Positions 34,288 to 47,100 of a stretch of 64,000 nt of DNA are shown here, in pieces. Positions within the stretch are counted from its first letter, which is position 1. Each line of letters begins with the position of its first letter. Both the position numbers and the translations under genes were made by a program. A model generated the notes under the pieces. It searched no databases and was not told the DNA's origin. It saw only the letters and a list, made by a program, of their open reading frames with translations. Origin of the DNA: Lama guanicoe (Eukaryota); contig MU053934.1 of assembly GCA_013239625.1 (NCBI GenBank), forward strand, positions 10,065,352-10,129,351. The letters are read 5' to 3'.

Positions 34288-37200
34288 GGCACAAATTCTG
34301 CTTCAAAGGAAGTGTGACCGCACATCAAAGCCACCCTCACGGAGGGCTGGGCACAGTTTTTCTTGCTTCTCTTTATTGACTGCCCCTCCCGTTTCCACTT
34401 TGTGTTGAAGAAGACTCGGCAGCACTGTTTTACTGTTCTTCTCTGTTTCTGGACGTCGTGTCTGTGCGTTTTGCAGAGGGCTCCGGGACAACAGACTTGC
34501 TCGTAGCTGTCTGCTGGCGCTTTCAGCAGCGGCGCCTGCAGGTCACACCTCTGCACGGGTGCCTGCAGCAGCGGCGGGCCGAGGCCCAAGTCCTGGCTCT
34601 GCCCGTCCTGGCTGGTGACCTTCCCTGGGACTTTTCATCCAGGTTCCTCTTCTGCACAGGGAGTTAGTGACGCACACCTTGCGGAGTTGCTGGGGGGCTG
34701 ACGTGAGGAATGCTGCATTTCCTGGATGCTCAGAACCCAGGGCCCTGGCCTCCTCAGGCTGCTCACTAATTGTAAAGCATGTGCAGAGTTCTGAAGAAGG
34801 AAAGTGGCCCTCAGTGTCATTTCAGGGTTGGAGAAGTACGACAGTCAGTGGTGATGGAGTTACAGGAACATCCGAGCCCGCGGCCGCTTGGTTGGTGGGC
34901 CTCACGAGCAGGCTGGGTGCTAAGTAGGCTTATTAAAAAATACCAGATCTCCCTGAAATGCAAGCACGGTCATCTCTGGGTTGAAGTTTCTGTTCTGAGG
35001 CGCTTCCTCACGTGACTTGATGTGTGAGGCCGCACACGCGGGGTCTGCTTTCCTGTATTCTCTCCCGTGTAAGTTTTCAGCTTTTTCTGAATGAGGCTTC
35101 TGTCTTAAGGGTTCACCCCCTCCACCTGCTCAGGGCCACTCGGCTTCCCTTGGTGTGGACTGATGCGTGGCATTGTCACGTGAGGACTGAGTTGGAGGAG
35201 CCCAAAGCTGTTCGTGTCTTACTGCCCTGATCTTGTGAGTTTCCCCCACGTGCAAGTCTGTCGAGAGCCTGTGCTGGGTCCGTCATAGTGTAACCATGCA
35301 GTGACCCTCAGGATTGCCCTTTACCGCCTGCAGGGAGGCCGCCTGCAGCAGCCTCCTGGGGCTGGACGGCTGTGGGGAGGGAGCTGGTGTCTGATTCCAA
35401 AGTACAGGTCGAGGCCATGCTGCCCAGGACGGCTCCTGGCTCTCAGCGAGCGCCGAGGGAGTTGTTGACTGAATAAATGGAGTTAGCAAGCCCAGTTTCA
35501 GCGTTCTCTTCTTTCTTTTTTTTTTTTGGTGAAAGATGAGCTCATTCGTAAACCTGTTTTTCTCTCTTTGCCAGAGAGCCATCAGCAGAGACTCCTCTTC
35601 TGTGGTGGTGTAGCGTTGATTGACGTGGTCCTTTGTGCCGGGAAAACAAATTACGTTAAAATGTTCTTCATGATCTGTTTGTTAGTTTCCCGGCTCAGCA
35701 GCACTGTTTGTTAGGACCTGTGTCCCGCCACTTACGTACCACGCAGCTGGTGCCGCACGGATGACAGGGCTGCTGCCTCCACCCTGGCCCCGTGGAGGCA
35801 GAGGGTGGGGTCTGGTCCCTTACCCTGCGGTGCCTCTTCCCGTGGAGGCCCCCAGCGTGGTGTCCCCGCCCGGTGCCAGCTCAGGCAGCGGTGGCTGGGC
35901 TTGGGAGAAGGGACACGTCCGCTTCCTCGAGGTGCCCTCGGCCGTCTCCCTGCTGCTGCAGGTTCTGTGTTCGAACGTGCCTGTCCCTCACCCTCATCGG
36001 CTGTCCCGAAGAAGCTTCTACCACCGGAACCCTGGTGAAGTCCCCTGACCTCCTTTCCCACGGACCCACACTTAAAGCGCGTATACAAACGCACTTCCTA
36101 AGCGCCAGCCTTGGAGGACCGGAGGACCGGAGGCCCGGCGGCCGGCAGCATGCCCGGGCAGCACAGGTGACCGGCCTGCCCGGGCGGCGGGGCCGTCATT
36201 GCTGCTGGAAGATGCCACTGGCTTGGTTGGCCTGTGCAGCCCTGCAGGGCAAGTGGGGTCTCTGTTCCAGGGGGGCTTTTGAGGTGTGGTGCTGAGCCAG
36301 GGCCCCAAGAGAACTGAGCTGAGGTGCCCAGGGGTCCCCAGGACGACAGGCCCCTTGCTGCTGGGGAATCGGCAAAGGCTTCCCTAGGGTTTGGCCGTCT
36401 CGTTTGCCCAGAATGTCCTATGGGACTACGTGAGCAGTTAAAACCGCCTGCGGGTCTGCATGCAGACCAGGTGACGTGAGCCTCCCCTTCCTACCCCCAC
36501 CCCCCAAAAGCCCACCCCCACACCGTCCCTAGGCCAGTGCCTGCTTCAGCACGCCTGCCCCCGGATACCCGCAGACCCCCGGCACCCTCCTCTGGGGTCG
36601 GAAGCAGCCTGAGGGCAGGGCTGCGTGCGCAGAGGCTCCCCTGCGGCCAGCACGCAGGGTGCCGTCTTGCCCAGTTTCAGAGCCTGTAAGCAGATGGGAC
36701 ACACTTGCTGAGCATAACGCCTCCCACCCCGGAACTAATAATTGTACGTAAAGGTGATAAGGTAAAAAAAAAACGAAGCCAGGTGATTGCTTCAGGAAGG
36801 AAGGGGAAGGCTTGAGAGACCTAGGCCGGCAGCCTCTGCAGCGGCCTGCGGTCCTCCTCGGGGGTCCTGCTCAGCACACCGTCTCCCGGGTGCTGCCTGG
36901 CCCCTGGAGACCACGTGGCTGTCTCCCTCCCCCGCCACCGTGCGAGTCCCGATTCCGTCATCTCTGGTCTGGACCGCTTTGCGGGTCTCCTGTCTGGCCT
37001 TCGTGTGTAGCTTCTCTGGCCGCCCACCTTCCACACGCGGTGAAAGACAGCGGCCGTCTGCCCGTTAGCTTCTGCTTCAAAGCCTTTGCTAGGCTTCCCG
37101 TGGTTCCAGAGTGAAGTTCAGACATCTTTGCCCGGGACATGAGGCCGGGCCCTTCCCAGTCTGCTTGGCCTGCCCCCTTGCCTGGCCGCGGGCTGCTCTC

Positions 37201-40200
37201 TGCCACTCACTTCCCTCTGGCCACATGGACTTGTCTGTGCCCTTTGAATGTGCCACTCACAGGCACACACACGTGTGCACACATGCACAAGCACACACAA
37301 GCCCTAGCACCTCTGTCCTACCGGCCAGGTGCTCCTCCAAGTTCCCGGACCAGGACTCGAGGCAGGACGGGCTCCTGTTCCTGCGCAGTGCCCCCCGGAC
37401 CCCCTCCAGCCTCCTTGCTTCTGCTGTTGCAGTTGGAGTTCACCTGTCTTCCCTCTTGGTGCTGCTGTGTCTTCTCTGCCTCCCGGACCGGACGGCAGCC
37501 TCTCTGTCCGTCCTGGCAGGATCCCTGTGCCGACGGTTGCTGTGGTCTGGGCTGTGGGCCCCGGGGTGAGGGGGGCGTCTTGTGCATGTTCCAGACCCCA
37601 CAGTCCACTTAGTGACTACTAGGTACTTCGAATGCCTGGGGGCATTTTGAGTTTCTTAGAATTCGTGTGTCGGACTTCACCGTCCCAATGGCCTGGTGAG
37701 TGCGGGCCCCTCATGAGGAACGTTCTGTCGTGGCTTCTCTCTTCTAAGCGCCGTGACCTTTGTGAGGTCATCTCTGTCTCTGCGGCTGATTAGAGACAGA
37801 ACTCTTACAACTGACTTGCAGCACGGAGAGAACGTGTCTGCTTAGCATTGCTGCCAAATTAGTACTGCGTCTGGAAGGCCAGAGGAGAGCCAAGTTAAGA
37901 GAATCTTCTGCATAATTTATGAGAGACTGAATCATAAAATAAGCATTTACGATGGCCTGTTTGCCCAAGGTAGGAAGTGATAATGTGGCTATTACTCACG
38001 GCGATGGGGACTGTGGCGTTGTATGCCTCCTAAGGTCTTCTGCCGTGGAGTCCCCTCCGTGGCTTCTGGGGTGATCGCCAGCCTCTCTCTCCAGAACTGT
38101 CTCTCCTCCTGTTTGCGGATCAGAGCTTCGAAATTCAAATGGAAATGATGTTATGAAAACTGAATGTATCAGTATTTCTACATAATGATGTTTTTTAAAA
38201 TACCCTCCAAACGGACTGATGTAGCGCCAAATGTGCTGGGCACCAGGAACAGGGCGGGGGCATGGAGAGAAGTGAGATGGGCCCCTCCCCAGGGCGCTGC
38301 CAGGTGCTGGAGAGACATGCTGTAGGCCTGACTGCAGGAGCGCAGTGGCCTCAGGGAGGAGGGGTCCAGAGGGGGGAGGGTCCCCCAGCAGCAGGCGGTG
38401 CAGCAGGGCAGGTGGACGTGGAGCCATGTGAGGGCATCGCGGGTGTTGGCCCAGCCGCCCCAGAGGCAGACGTGTGAGGATAGTGGGGCCGGGGTCCCAC
38501 CTGCCTGCCTCCCACCACCCATGGCCCCAGAGGGCAGGGCCCACCTTCCTCACTGAATCACTAGCATCCACTGCAGCTTCTCGGGCAGCTGTCCAGTCCC
38601 CGAGGACCAGAGATCCCAGGCTGCGTGTCCCTGCGGGTTGCGGGAGGGCTTTGGCTCTGCTGCGGGGGCTCTGCGTGTCCTCAGCCCGGGCCCTGATTTG
38701 GAAGTGCAGCCTGTACCTGGGACTGTGTTGACGGCGGGCGGGGGAGCCAGGGCCTGGCGGAAACTCCTGATGCCTCTTAAGGCTCTAGCCAGGGCACAGT
38801 GTGTTCCCTTGGCCAGAGAGTAGCACACAGCCAAGGCCGACTTCCGTGGACAGGGATGCAGTCCTTCCTAGGGAAGGAGTCCTGGGAGCAGTGGAACAGC
38901 CTACCAGCCAGCCCGTGTGCACATTCTGGAAAGTTCATCCTGGCAGCGGTGTGGAGGGTGGTGCAGAGGTGAGGCGAGATTCGAGGGGAGGAAGGCAGGA
39001 AGTGAGGAGGCTGGGGCTGACCTGGGGGTGTGGAGAAGAGATGAAAGATGTGACAGGTGTCTCCAAGGGACGTGGCGTCACCAGGGTTGGGGGACGTGGC
39101 GTGAGGGCCGCGGGGTCAGGGGAGAGGCTGTGTGCTGGGTGCTGGGTGACGCACTGAGCTCGTGGGAGAGGAGGCCCCCAGGGAGGAGCAGGCGGGCAGA
39201 GCTGACGCTGGGTGACTGGTGCCATGAGTGCCGAGAGGGCCGCCGGGGCCCCCAGCGCTGCACGTGGGGGCGACGCGGTGGCTCTGACGGGGCCCGACCC
39301 CGACCTGCTGGGTGGGGTGTGTAGTTCCAGGAGTCTCCGGGGAGCCTCTCATTTGGTTGCTGGCAGATTCTCAAGCACAGAGTGTCTTGACCACCATTTT
39401 GTTTAACAGCTGAGGGAACACAGAGGTCAAGGAACTTACCTGAAGGTCATCCAGTGAGCAGCGCCGAGCCTGCAGTCAAGCCCCCATGCGTGGGGTGCAC
39501 CCCCACCCCCGCCGTATTCCTGCTCAAGTGGGGCACTCCCAGTGTCCTCTGATTCAAGATAACATCTAGTGTGTAATGAAATTTTGTTTTATGCAGTTTT
39601 TCGAGTGAGTTTACACCCACGGTCTGATTGAAAAAGTAATTAGCATTCATATTAGAGCTCGCCAAACAATTCCCTGATATTTGAGCATCAACAGAGGACA
39701 AAGCAGCTCTGTGCTGTGATCTTTGATTTACAGCTGCCTGCGCCCGGCGGGCTCTGGGCAGAGGACTATAAATAAAATTAAAATAAATGGAAACAATGCA
39801 CCTATAAATTGTGTTGCAGGAAACTCCAGTTGCCTTTTAGAGGAAATCCTTGATAAAACGCTGTCTGGCGATCCGTTTGAAAGAGGAGGGGCGGTAGATG
39901 ACTGTGGCAGAGTCGGGAAAGTGAAGGCCAGGCCGCACTGTGGGAATGTTTTGAATATGAAAACAGCCGACCCACCGATGTGCCTTCTGGTGTCAGCGCT
40001 GTTGGAAAGTCCCGGGTGGGTCCTGCCTCACGGGGGGAAGGCGGTCAGTTGAAGGTGCAGGATGGTTGGGGAGGCAGGCAGTATTTCTGTCCCTCCTTTT
40101 CTTATTCAAGTCAGCCCCTGGACTGATGTCACGGAGGACGGTGAGGCCCCGGGAGGGGCTGCGTTTGAGCAGATTGCGTGTGTGACCGCGGCAGGGAAGG

Positions 40201-40379
40201 GCCCATTGGAGGCGAGGGGCCCCGGGGACCTGGGGGCAGAGGGAGCCGCGGGCTCATGCACAGAGAAATCACGTTGTCTCTATTGAAACCTCGCTGTGTT
40301 TCAGTGGGTGGTGTCTCAGCTGTAATCGATGAAAAAGGGCAAGTTTCTAAAAATAGGTTTAATAAAAGGTTTACTTTTA

Positions 40380-40566
40380 TTATTCATTTATTTATTTAAA
40401 AACCTTTATTTAAAAAAATTGAAAAAATTTTATTTATTTATTTTTATTTTTTGTTGGGAGGAAGGTAATTAGGTTTGCTCATTTGTTTTAACGGAGGTAC
40501 TGGGGATTGGACCCAGGACCCCGTGCGCTCTAAGCGTGTGCCAGATGGCTGAGCTGTACCCTCCCC
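40380..40566 (-). mobile_element. vic-1-like SINE (long-tail variant) with TSD
   Basis: gtaattaggttt…ggaggtactggggattggacccaggacc…gagctgtaccctcccc; TSD AAGGYTTACTTTTA at 40366-40379 and 40571-40584. Confidence 0.88.
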
Positions 40567-41384
40567 ACAGAAGGCTTACTTTTACAGAGCTGTCTTTGTG
40601 CTCATTCAGCTGGAGCACACGGTAACTGCACTGTTAGGTCCTGGACAGCTGGTGTGGTGAGTTATTCAACAAGTTACCAGGGTTGCCAGAGAACTCCTTC
40701 CTCGCCGGGCGGAGACCTTCCCAGGCAAGCACTTTGATGCTGTGCCTTTCTGGTTCCCTGGGGGCTCTGCGGAGAGGAAAACGGGGACAGACCCAGAGAG
40801 AAGGCGCCAGGCCCGCATCCCGCTGGGATGAGTTTCAGGGTGAGCGGAAGCCCAGGGAGGGCGGGACAGAGGCCCTGCAGGGTGGAGCAGGGCCCGGAGG
40901 CTCGGCCCGGGGCAAGGGTGGAGAGTTAGTGTCATACGTCAGGTTGCTGGGAGCACGCACACGTGTTGGTCTCCCCTGCGTCTTGATGGTACGTGTGCCG
41001 CCTGGGCAGGCCTACAATATTCGTTTGCTGCCTGTAAGAGCACTTAAGTGACTTAAATCAGTGGATGGAGGAAAGGCTGAGTTGTTTGGACTTGAAGGTC
41101 ACAGCTCAGGCCTCATTTTAAATGCCCTTGAATTGTAGGCAGAGGACTCACCGTTAGACCGGCCTGGAGACGGCCTGGAGACAGGGCAGCTGCCAGGCTA
41201 CCTGGAGCTCTTGACGGACGGCCTTTCAGGGCTGGCGGCTGTTGCTCAGCCTGGACTGCCCGCTCCTGTCCCTGGTGAAGCCCACAGTGCCTTCTCACGT
41301 GGGGCCCCCAGGGCCTCGCCTGCAGGGCTCTGAGCTGCCTGTCCTGTCCTCGGGGACTTTACGACTCCTAAGTTCCAGGCGCAC

Positions 41385-41995
41385 AACACAAGGATTCAGT
41401 TTCTGTGCATTTCGAATTGATCGGCAGGGTGAGTCTAGTCACCACCTGTCACCGTGCGAGGCCCTTAAGATGCTTTTGACCGCGCTCCCCGTGCTGTGCT
41501 TCCATCCCTGTGCCTCACTGACTTCATAGCTGGAAGTTTGCACCTCTTCGTCTCCCTCACCTGTTTCACTCGTTCCCTCCCCGCCCTCCCCTCTGGCAAC
41601 CACCTGTTTGTTCTCTGTATCCACGAGTGTTTCTGTTCTGTTGTGTTTGTTCATTTGTTTTGTTTTTTAGATTCTACATCCAAGTGAAATCGTGCAGTAT
41701 TTGTCTTTTTCTGTCTGACTTATTGCACTTAGCATAATGCCCTCTAGGTCCGTCCATGTCACAGATGGCAAGATTTCATTCTTTTTCATGGCTGAGTAGT
41801 AACCCATTGTGTGTACGTATACATTATATATGTATATGTAATATATATTTATGTATGTATTCCATACCTTCTTTATCCATTCGTCTATCAGTGGGCACTT
41901 AGGTTGCTGTCATATCTTGGCTGTTATAAATAATGCTGCTGGGTACATACATCTTTTCAAATTAGTGTTTTTGTTTTCTTCGGAAAAATGCTCAG
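41385..41995 (-). mobile_element. L1 3' end
   Basis: gctggaagtttgcacctc…ctctggcaaccac…ttttagattctacat…cagtatttgtctttttctgtctgacttatt. Confidence 0.85.
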
Positions 41996-41999
41996 AAGA

Positions 42000-43535
42000 T
42001 GATTTTGACTCCTCTGCCTTCCAGTTCACTGAGTTGTTCCTCTGTATCGTCTCATTTACTGTTGCTTCCTTCTGGTTTATTTTTTATTTCAGTTATTGTA
42101 TTGCTCAGCTCTGTTAGGTTCTTCTTTATGTTTCTAACTCTCTGTTAACTTTCTCACTGTGATCATCCATCCTTCCCCCAAGTTTGTCGAGCATCTTTAT
42201 GATTGTTACTTATTATTACTTGAACTCTCTATCAGGTCGATTGCCTGTCTCCACTGTGCTTAGTTCTTCTGGGGTTTCATCTCATTTCTTTGTTTGGAAC
42301 ATATTTCTCTGTCGTTTCATTTTGCCTGATTCTCTGTTTATTTCCACATGTTTGGTAGGTTGGCTACATTTCCCGGTCTTGAAGAAGTGGCCTTGCTGTG
42401 GGAGGCGTCCTGTTGGATGTAGCAGCACGCTCTCCTCTGGTCATCAGAGCTTTACACTCTTGGGGTGCCCCTGTGGGGGCTGCGCATGGGCCTTTCTGTT
42501 GTGGTGGGGCTGACTAATGTGGGTGTGCCTGTAGGTGGGGCTGGCCTCTGACTGGTTGGCCTCTGCCCTGTGGAGGCTCCTGGCCCACTGGCGAGCAGGG
42601 CCAGGTCCTGGCGTGGCTGGCTGCAGGGCTTAGGGGGTCCCAGGGCTGGTGCTGTCTTACTGACGGGTAGGGCTGGATCCTGGCTCGGCTAGCTGCGGGG
42701 CTGGGGGGCCTGGGGCTGGTGTTGGCCTGGGAGTGGGGTCCTGAGACTTGTGCCAACCAGCTGGTGGGTGGGTAAGCCCCTGGGCTAGAGAGAGGACTCC
42801 AGAATGACTCTTGCCAGTGTTATTGTGGTAGACAGGCTCCCCAGAATGGCTTCTGCTGGCGTCTGTGTTCCCCGTTGCCACCTGCCTTCAGGCTCTTCAA
42901 GAGCAGCAAGTGGTCTGATCCAGGCTCTTTAAAAAGAACTTTTTTGCGGTGTGGGGGGGTTACTAGGTTTATTTATTTGTTTATTTATGTACTTTTAAAA
43001 ATGGCAGCACTGGGGATTGAACCCAGGACCTCGTGCGTGCTGAACACGTGCTCTACCACTGAGCTCCACCCTCCCCTGACCCAGGCGTCTTTCAGATTGC
43101 TTCCTCTGCCGTGGGTCTCGGGGCGTATGAGATTTCGACCCACTTAAGGGTGGGTTTCTCCTTTCTCCAGCCCTCTGCTCTCCCTGCTGGCCTCAAAGCC
43201 AGGCATTACGGGGACTCGCCTTCCTGGTGCAGGGTCCCCGGGCTGGGGAGCCTGATGTGGGGCTCTGCGCCCGCGCTCCTCGGGGAGGACTCTGCAGTTG
43301 GGATTTCTGGGTCACCAGCCTGGGCGATGTGGGTCTTGACCACACCATGTCTCTGCCTCTCCTGCCTGTCTTGTTGTGGCTTCTTCTTTACATCTTCGGT
43401 CGTGGGAGATCCTTCCTGCTCGTTGTCAGGTGGTTCTTGCCGATCGCTGCTCTGTGAATAGTTGTGCTTTTGCTGTGCTCGCAGGAGGAGGTGAGTCCAG
43501 GTCTGTCCTGCTCTGTCACCTTGGCTACACCTCTG
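42000..43535 (-). mobile_element. Old L1 ORF1 5' part plus GC-rich 5' UTR-like region, interrupted by a SINE
   Basis: tctgccttccagttcactga…tttcagttattgtatt…gagcatctttatgattgtt…ttgaactctctatcagg is typical antisense L1M ORF1. Confidence 0.7.
42931..43076 (-). mobile_element. vic-1-like SINE with degenerate TSD
   Basis: gcactggggattgaacccaggacctcgtgcgtgctgaacacgtgctctaccactgagctccaccctcccc; TSD-like CTGATCCAGGCTCTTT (42915-42930) and CTGACCCAGGCGTCTTT (43076-43092). Confidence 0.88.
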
Positions 43536-43759
43536 CTGACTTTTTTTAAGAAGCGTTTTATTTAAATTGCATTTAGATATTCCTGGTGCCCTCGCCAATA
43601 ACTTCCGTTGTATAAACAACCCACAGGTGGAATACTGAGCTGCTTTCTTCGGGTCACATGAAAGACAGGAGCCACTGAGGTGTGGAGTGTCATTTGTCCA
43701 AATAGGCTGGCCGGGTACTGAGTTTGGGCCTCTGTGGGGTCCAAGACCAGTCATTTATC

Positions 43760-44130
43760 TTTAACATTTTATTGTGAAATACTTCAAACATAGAGAAAAG
43801 TTGAGAGACTTGTCAGTGATTGCCCGTGCCAGCCACTGTCGAGGGTGTGTTATTTCTCTCTCCACGTTGATCTCTACCCATCCTTTAATCCATCTTTTCA
43901 GAAAATGAATTTCAAACTCAGATGTGGACATCAGTTCACCCCACACACTTCAGCATGCTTGTCCCTAACTGGGTTTATTTATTTATTACTGGAGGTAAAA
44001 TTCACACCGTGACACGTACAAGCGTTGAGCACAGAACTCAGTGGGATGAGTTTTGACAAATGCACGACCTGTGAAGCCCAGACTCGATCGGACTGAGATC
44101 ACTACCCTCATTCTAGAGCGTTCTCCAAGG
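43760..44130 (-). mobile_element. L1MC/L1MD-like 3' end fragments
   Basis: aacattttattgtgaaatacttcaaacatagagaaaagttgaga…; tttattactggaggtaaaattcac…gagttttgacaaatgc. Confidence 0.65.
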
Positions 44131-47100
44131 TGCCACTTGGCGGTGCGTGGACTGTACAGCCGTACACGGAGGGCAGCCTCGGTCGGTGCGTGTGGACAGG
44201 AAGGCCATGGCTCCTTCACACGTTTGTGTGTAGGGACACTTGCCAGAGCTGACGGGCAGCATGACGACCGTCTTTGTGTCCAGGTCGGTGCCTGGAGGGC
44301 GTTGCTGGTGGACTGAGCAGCGACTGGGTCACATGGACGAGAAGGGACTCAGCGAGGCGCGCAGTGCGTGCTGATGAGAAGGTGGGAGGAGAGGACAGTG
44401 GTGGGGGCTGTGTTGCTGGGACCACAGGGTTCTGGCCCTCCTTGAGCGTCCGTACGGTCTGGCGGATGCTGTGTGTGCCCGAGGCGCTTGGTGGCAAATG
44501 CATCTAGTCCCACCTGTTCAGAGTGGTGGCTGTGGACTTCGAGGTATCCCTCTCTTTCTCCTAATTCTGCAACTTGAACACGTTCTTGACCCCCCATACG
44601 TCAGCATCCTTGTTTGTGAGATAGCCCCAGGGGTGTGCTGACTCCGGGCGCAGGCGCTGTGGTGGGGGTCCGGAGGTACAGATTGTCACTTCCGTGTGCC
44701 TCAGTGTCCACGTCTGTCAAGGAGAAGCAGCGCTGCCGACCTCCCATCCCAGGCTTGTTCCGAGCACTGAGAGTGCTGCTGCGCACAGCCGCTCCGAGCC
44801 CGGTTCCCGCCGCGAGCCCGGCCCCTGCTCTGAGCTGCTCGGCCCCGTCGTCGAGCCGTCTCGCGTGTAGCCATGCCTCGTTACCACGCTGCCGGAGGGC
44901 GGCCCCTCGCCACCTGTGCACAGAGGGGCCCGCGGGGCCGCGGCACACGTCGGCTGAAGCCTGTGCCCATTTCAGAAGTGAGCTGGAGCTGGAGCGGGCC
45001 GCTCATTCTATGGTTGACTCCTGGAGAGTTCTGGAAGGTTCTCCGTAGAAGGGCTGTACCGTTTGTCATGCATTTTGAGGGTAAAGGGTTACTGTTAACA
45101 GTGAAAGAGGGGCAAATGGAGAGTGAACCAGGCCAGCTGGCTCAGATGTTGCCCTGGTTCTCAGGGCTGAAGAGGTGAGGCCTCCTTTGTATTAAAGGAG
45201 GGAAGTTGCATCATGTTCCAAGATGGTTCAGCCGTAAGAACAGATGCTCTGCGGTCAGCAGCACCTCACACCACCTGGGGTCCTCAGGACGGCTGCCGCA
45301 CGTGTCCATAAGGACAGCTGCTTTCCTCTCATCAGACAGACAGACAGACGCGTTTGCAGACTGAGTTGTCCCCAGCGAGCATTTAGGGAGGCGTCAGGGA
45401 ACCCGCACCCGGATGTCTGTGGTTGTCCAGTCCTGACACGGTCGCAAAGCCTGTCTTCCAGGCTGTCACCTGCAGGAGTGTGGGCCTTGCCATGCCGGCC
45501 TCAGTGTCTGTGGAGCAGGGGGGATGCTGGAGATGCGCTGGGCTCAGTGCTGCTCTCAGAAGCCACTCGAATGTTGGGATGGAAGTGATGTTCAAAGCAT
45601 CTCCCTGTCTCCCTGGGCCACAGGTCCAAGGTGGTGACCAGTGTGGCCCCTTTAACTGTTCTGGGAAGGGAAACATCCACTGCCTACTTCTTCCTCCTCC
45701 TCTCTCCCCTGTTTGGAGAAGTTGATAAACTTAGTTGTAACAATAAAATGTGTACCCATGAGGCCCCTGGGCAGCCCTGACTCCCTCCAGTCGGGCACCC
45801 CCAGATGTCCTGTAGGCGCCCCCGTGCCGCCAGGCCGGTGGCCACAGTCACACAGCCCGTGAGTGATCTGCGTGGTGAGCGGCTGTGGCGGGTCGTCAGT
45901 GGGGCCGCTGCGGGGGTGCACAGTCCAGGGGTGCAGTACAGCTGGGAGGGGCAGGAGGGGGTGGGGCTGAGGTGGTCCTGGATGGGCTGGGCTGGATGGT
46001 TCCCCATGGGTCCCCAGGGGTCTGTTGCTGAGCCCTTACCGGGTCGCAGGCATGACAAAGCCTCTGCAACACCTGTGAGCTTTGTACTGGCTGGTGGTGG
46101 AGCAGAGCGAGGCGGGGCCGTAAATCTGAGTGCAGTCACAGGCTTGGGGACCTCGTGTGGCCCCTGGGTGGGGAGCAGGAGCACCTGGGTTGGGGACAGC
46201 AGGTTCTGGACTGTCCCGGAGGCACAGCGTCCTCTCACGGTGAAGGAGCTCTTGTGTAGGTGGTCCTGAGGGCCCCATCCTGCAGTCAGGCCTTGACTCC
46301 CGGGTGCCTTCTGCTCCGGGGCCGTCTGGGGCACAGAGCCCTGAGTGGGCCTGGCTTTCCCGGTCTGGATTCCTGCCTGGTCTGCGGGCAGCTCCCTGCT
46401 GTCGGGAGAGAGCCGTGCTGGTGAGGTGAGGGGTGTCTGCCGTTTGTTGACTAGTGGAGAAAGAGCGTAGTAATGATACTGAGGCTTTCAATGAATTATT
46501 TTAGAAGAGATAGCCCACGTTCTCATCTCAGCTGATGAGAATCCGTCTTTCTCTGCTTCAGACGTGAGGACGTCTGTGCTCAGGCACACGGCTTACCTGC
46601 CGTTGCTTCCTGTCTTCTGCGTGGATTCTGAGTAAGTCTTTTGTTCCATTGAGAAGATTAAGGGCAGTATTTGGTTGAAAAAATTTTAATGAAGCACCTA
46701 ACAGAGCTATTATTCATTTTTGAAACAAGTTGCTGTGGTTACCATAGTAATATTAAACCTTTTATTAAACGTTTTTTGCTTCCGCCCGTAGTCGGTTTTT
46801 GTTCTGTGCTGATGGGGGAGCTGCAGATCCACGAACCTGGTGCCTGGAAAGAATTTTCTAGCTCTGTTGAGTTAAATCATTCAAGGAATTTACGTTACAG
46901 GGACATAAAGCTTATAAATCTAGTTTATCATATCTATCATTTAATTGTTCATGCAAGCCATCTCTTTGTGTAGCGATTTACAGTAATCTCGGGGAAATAA
47001 CAGTTTTGTGTCACGAGATGAATAATGCATGCAAAGAAATTGTTGAGCTCCTTAAAATCATTATGCTCAAAATAGGAGGCTCTTTGATTTGAAAGTGATA

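Noticed and set aside
24644..43076. tRNA-Ala-like sequences as tRNA genes
   Set aside because: They are degenerate, carry AT-rich tails and TSDs, and so are SINEs.
45500..45880. MER20-family DNA transposon on the minus strand
   Set aside because: Only short patches (agttgtaacaataaaatgt, ccagatgtcc) resemble it; too weak to call without an alignment.
46562..46631. TBC1D22A exon 5
   Set aside because: Similar length to the exon expected, but the translation does not resemble EELRRLSWSGIPKPVRP. Kept only as a cryptic exon candidate.
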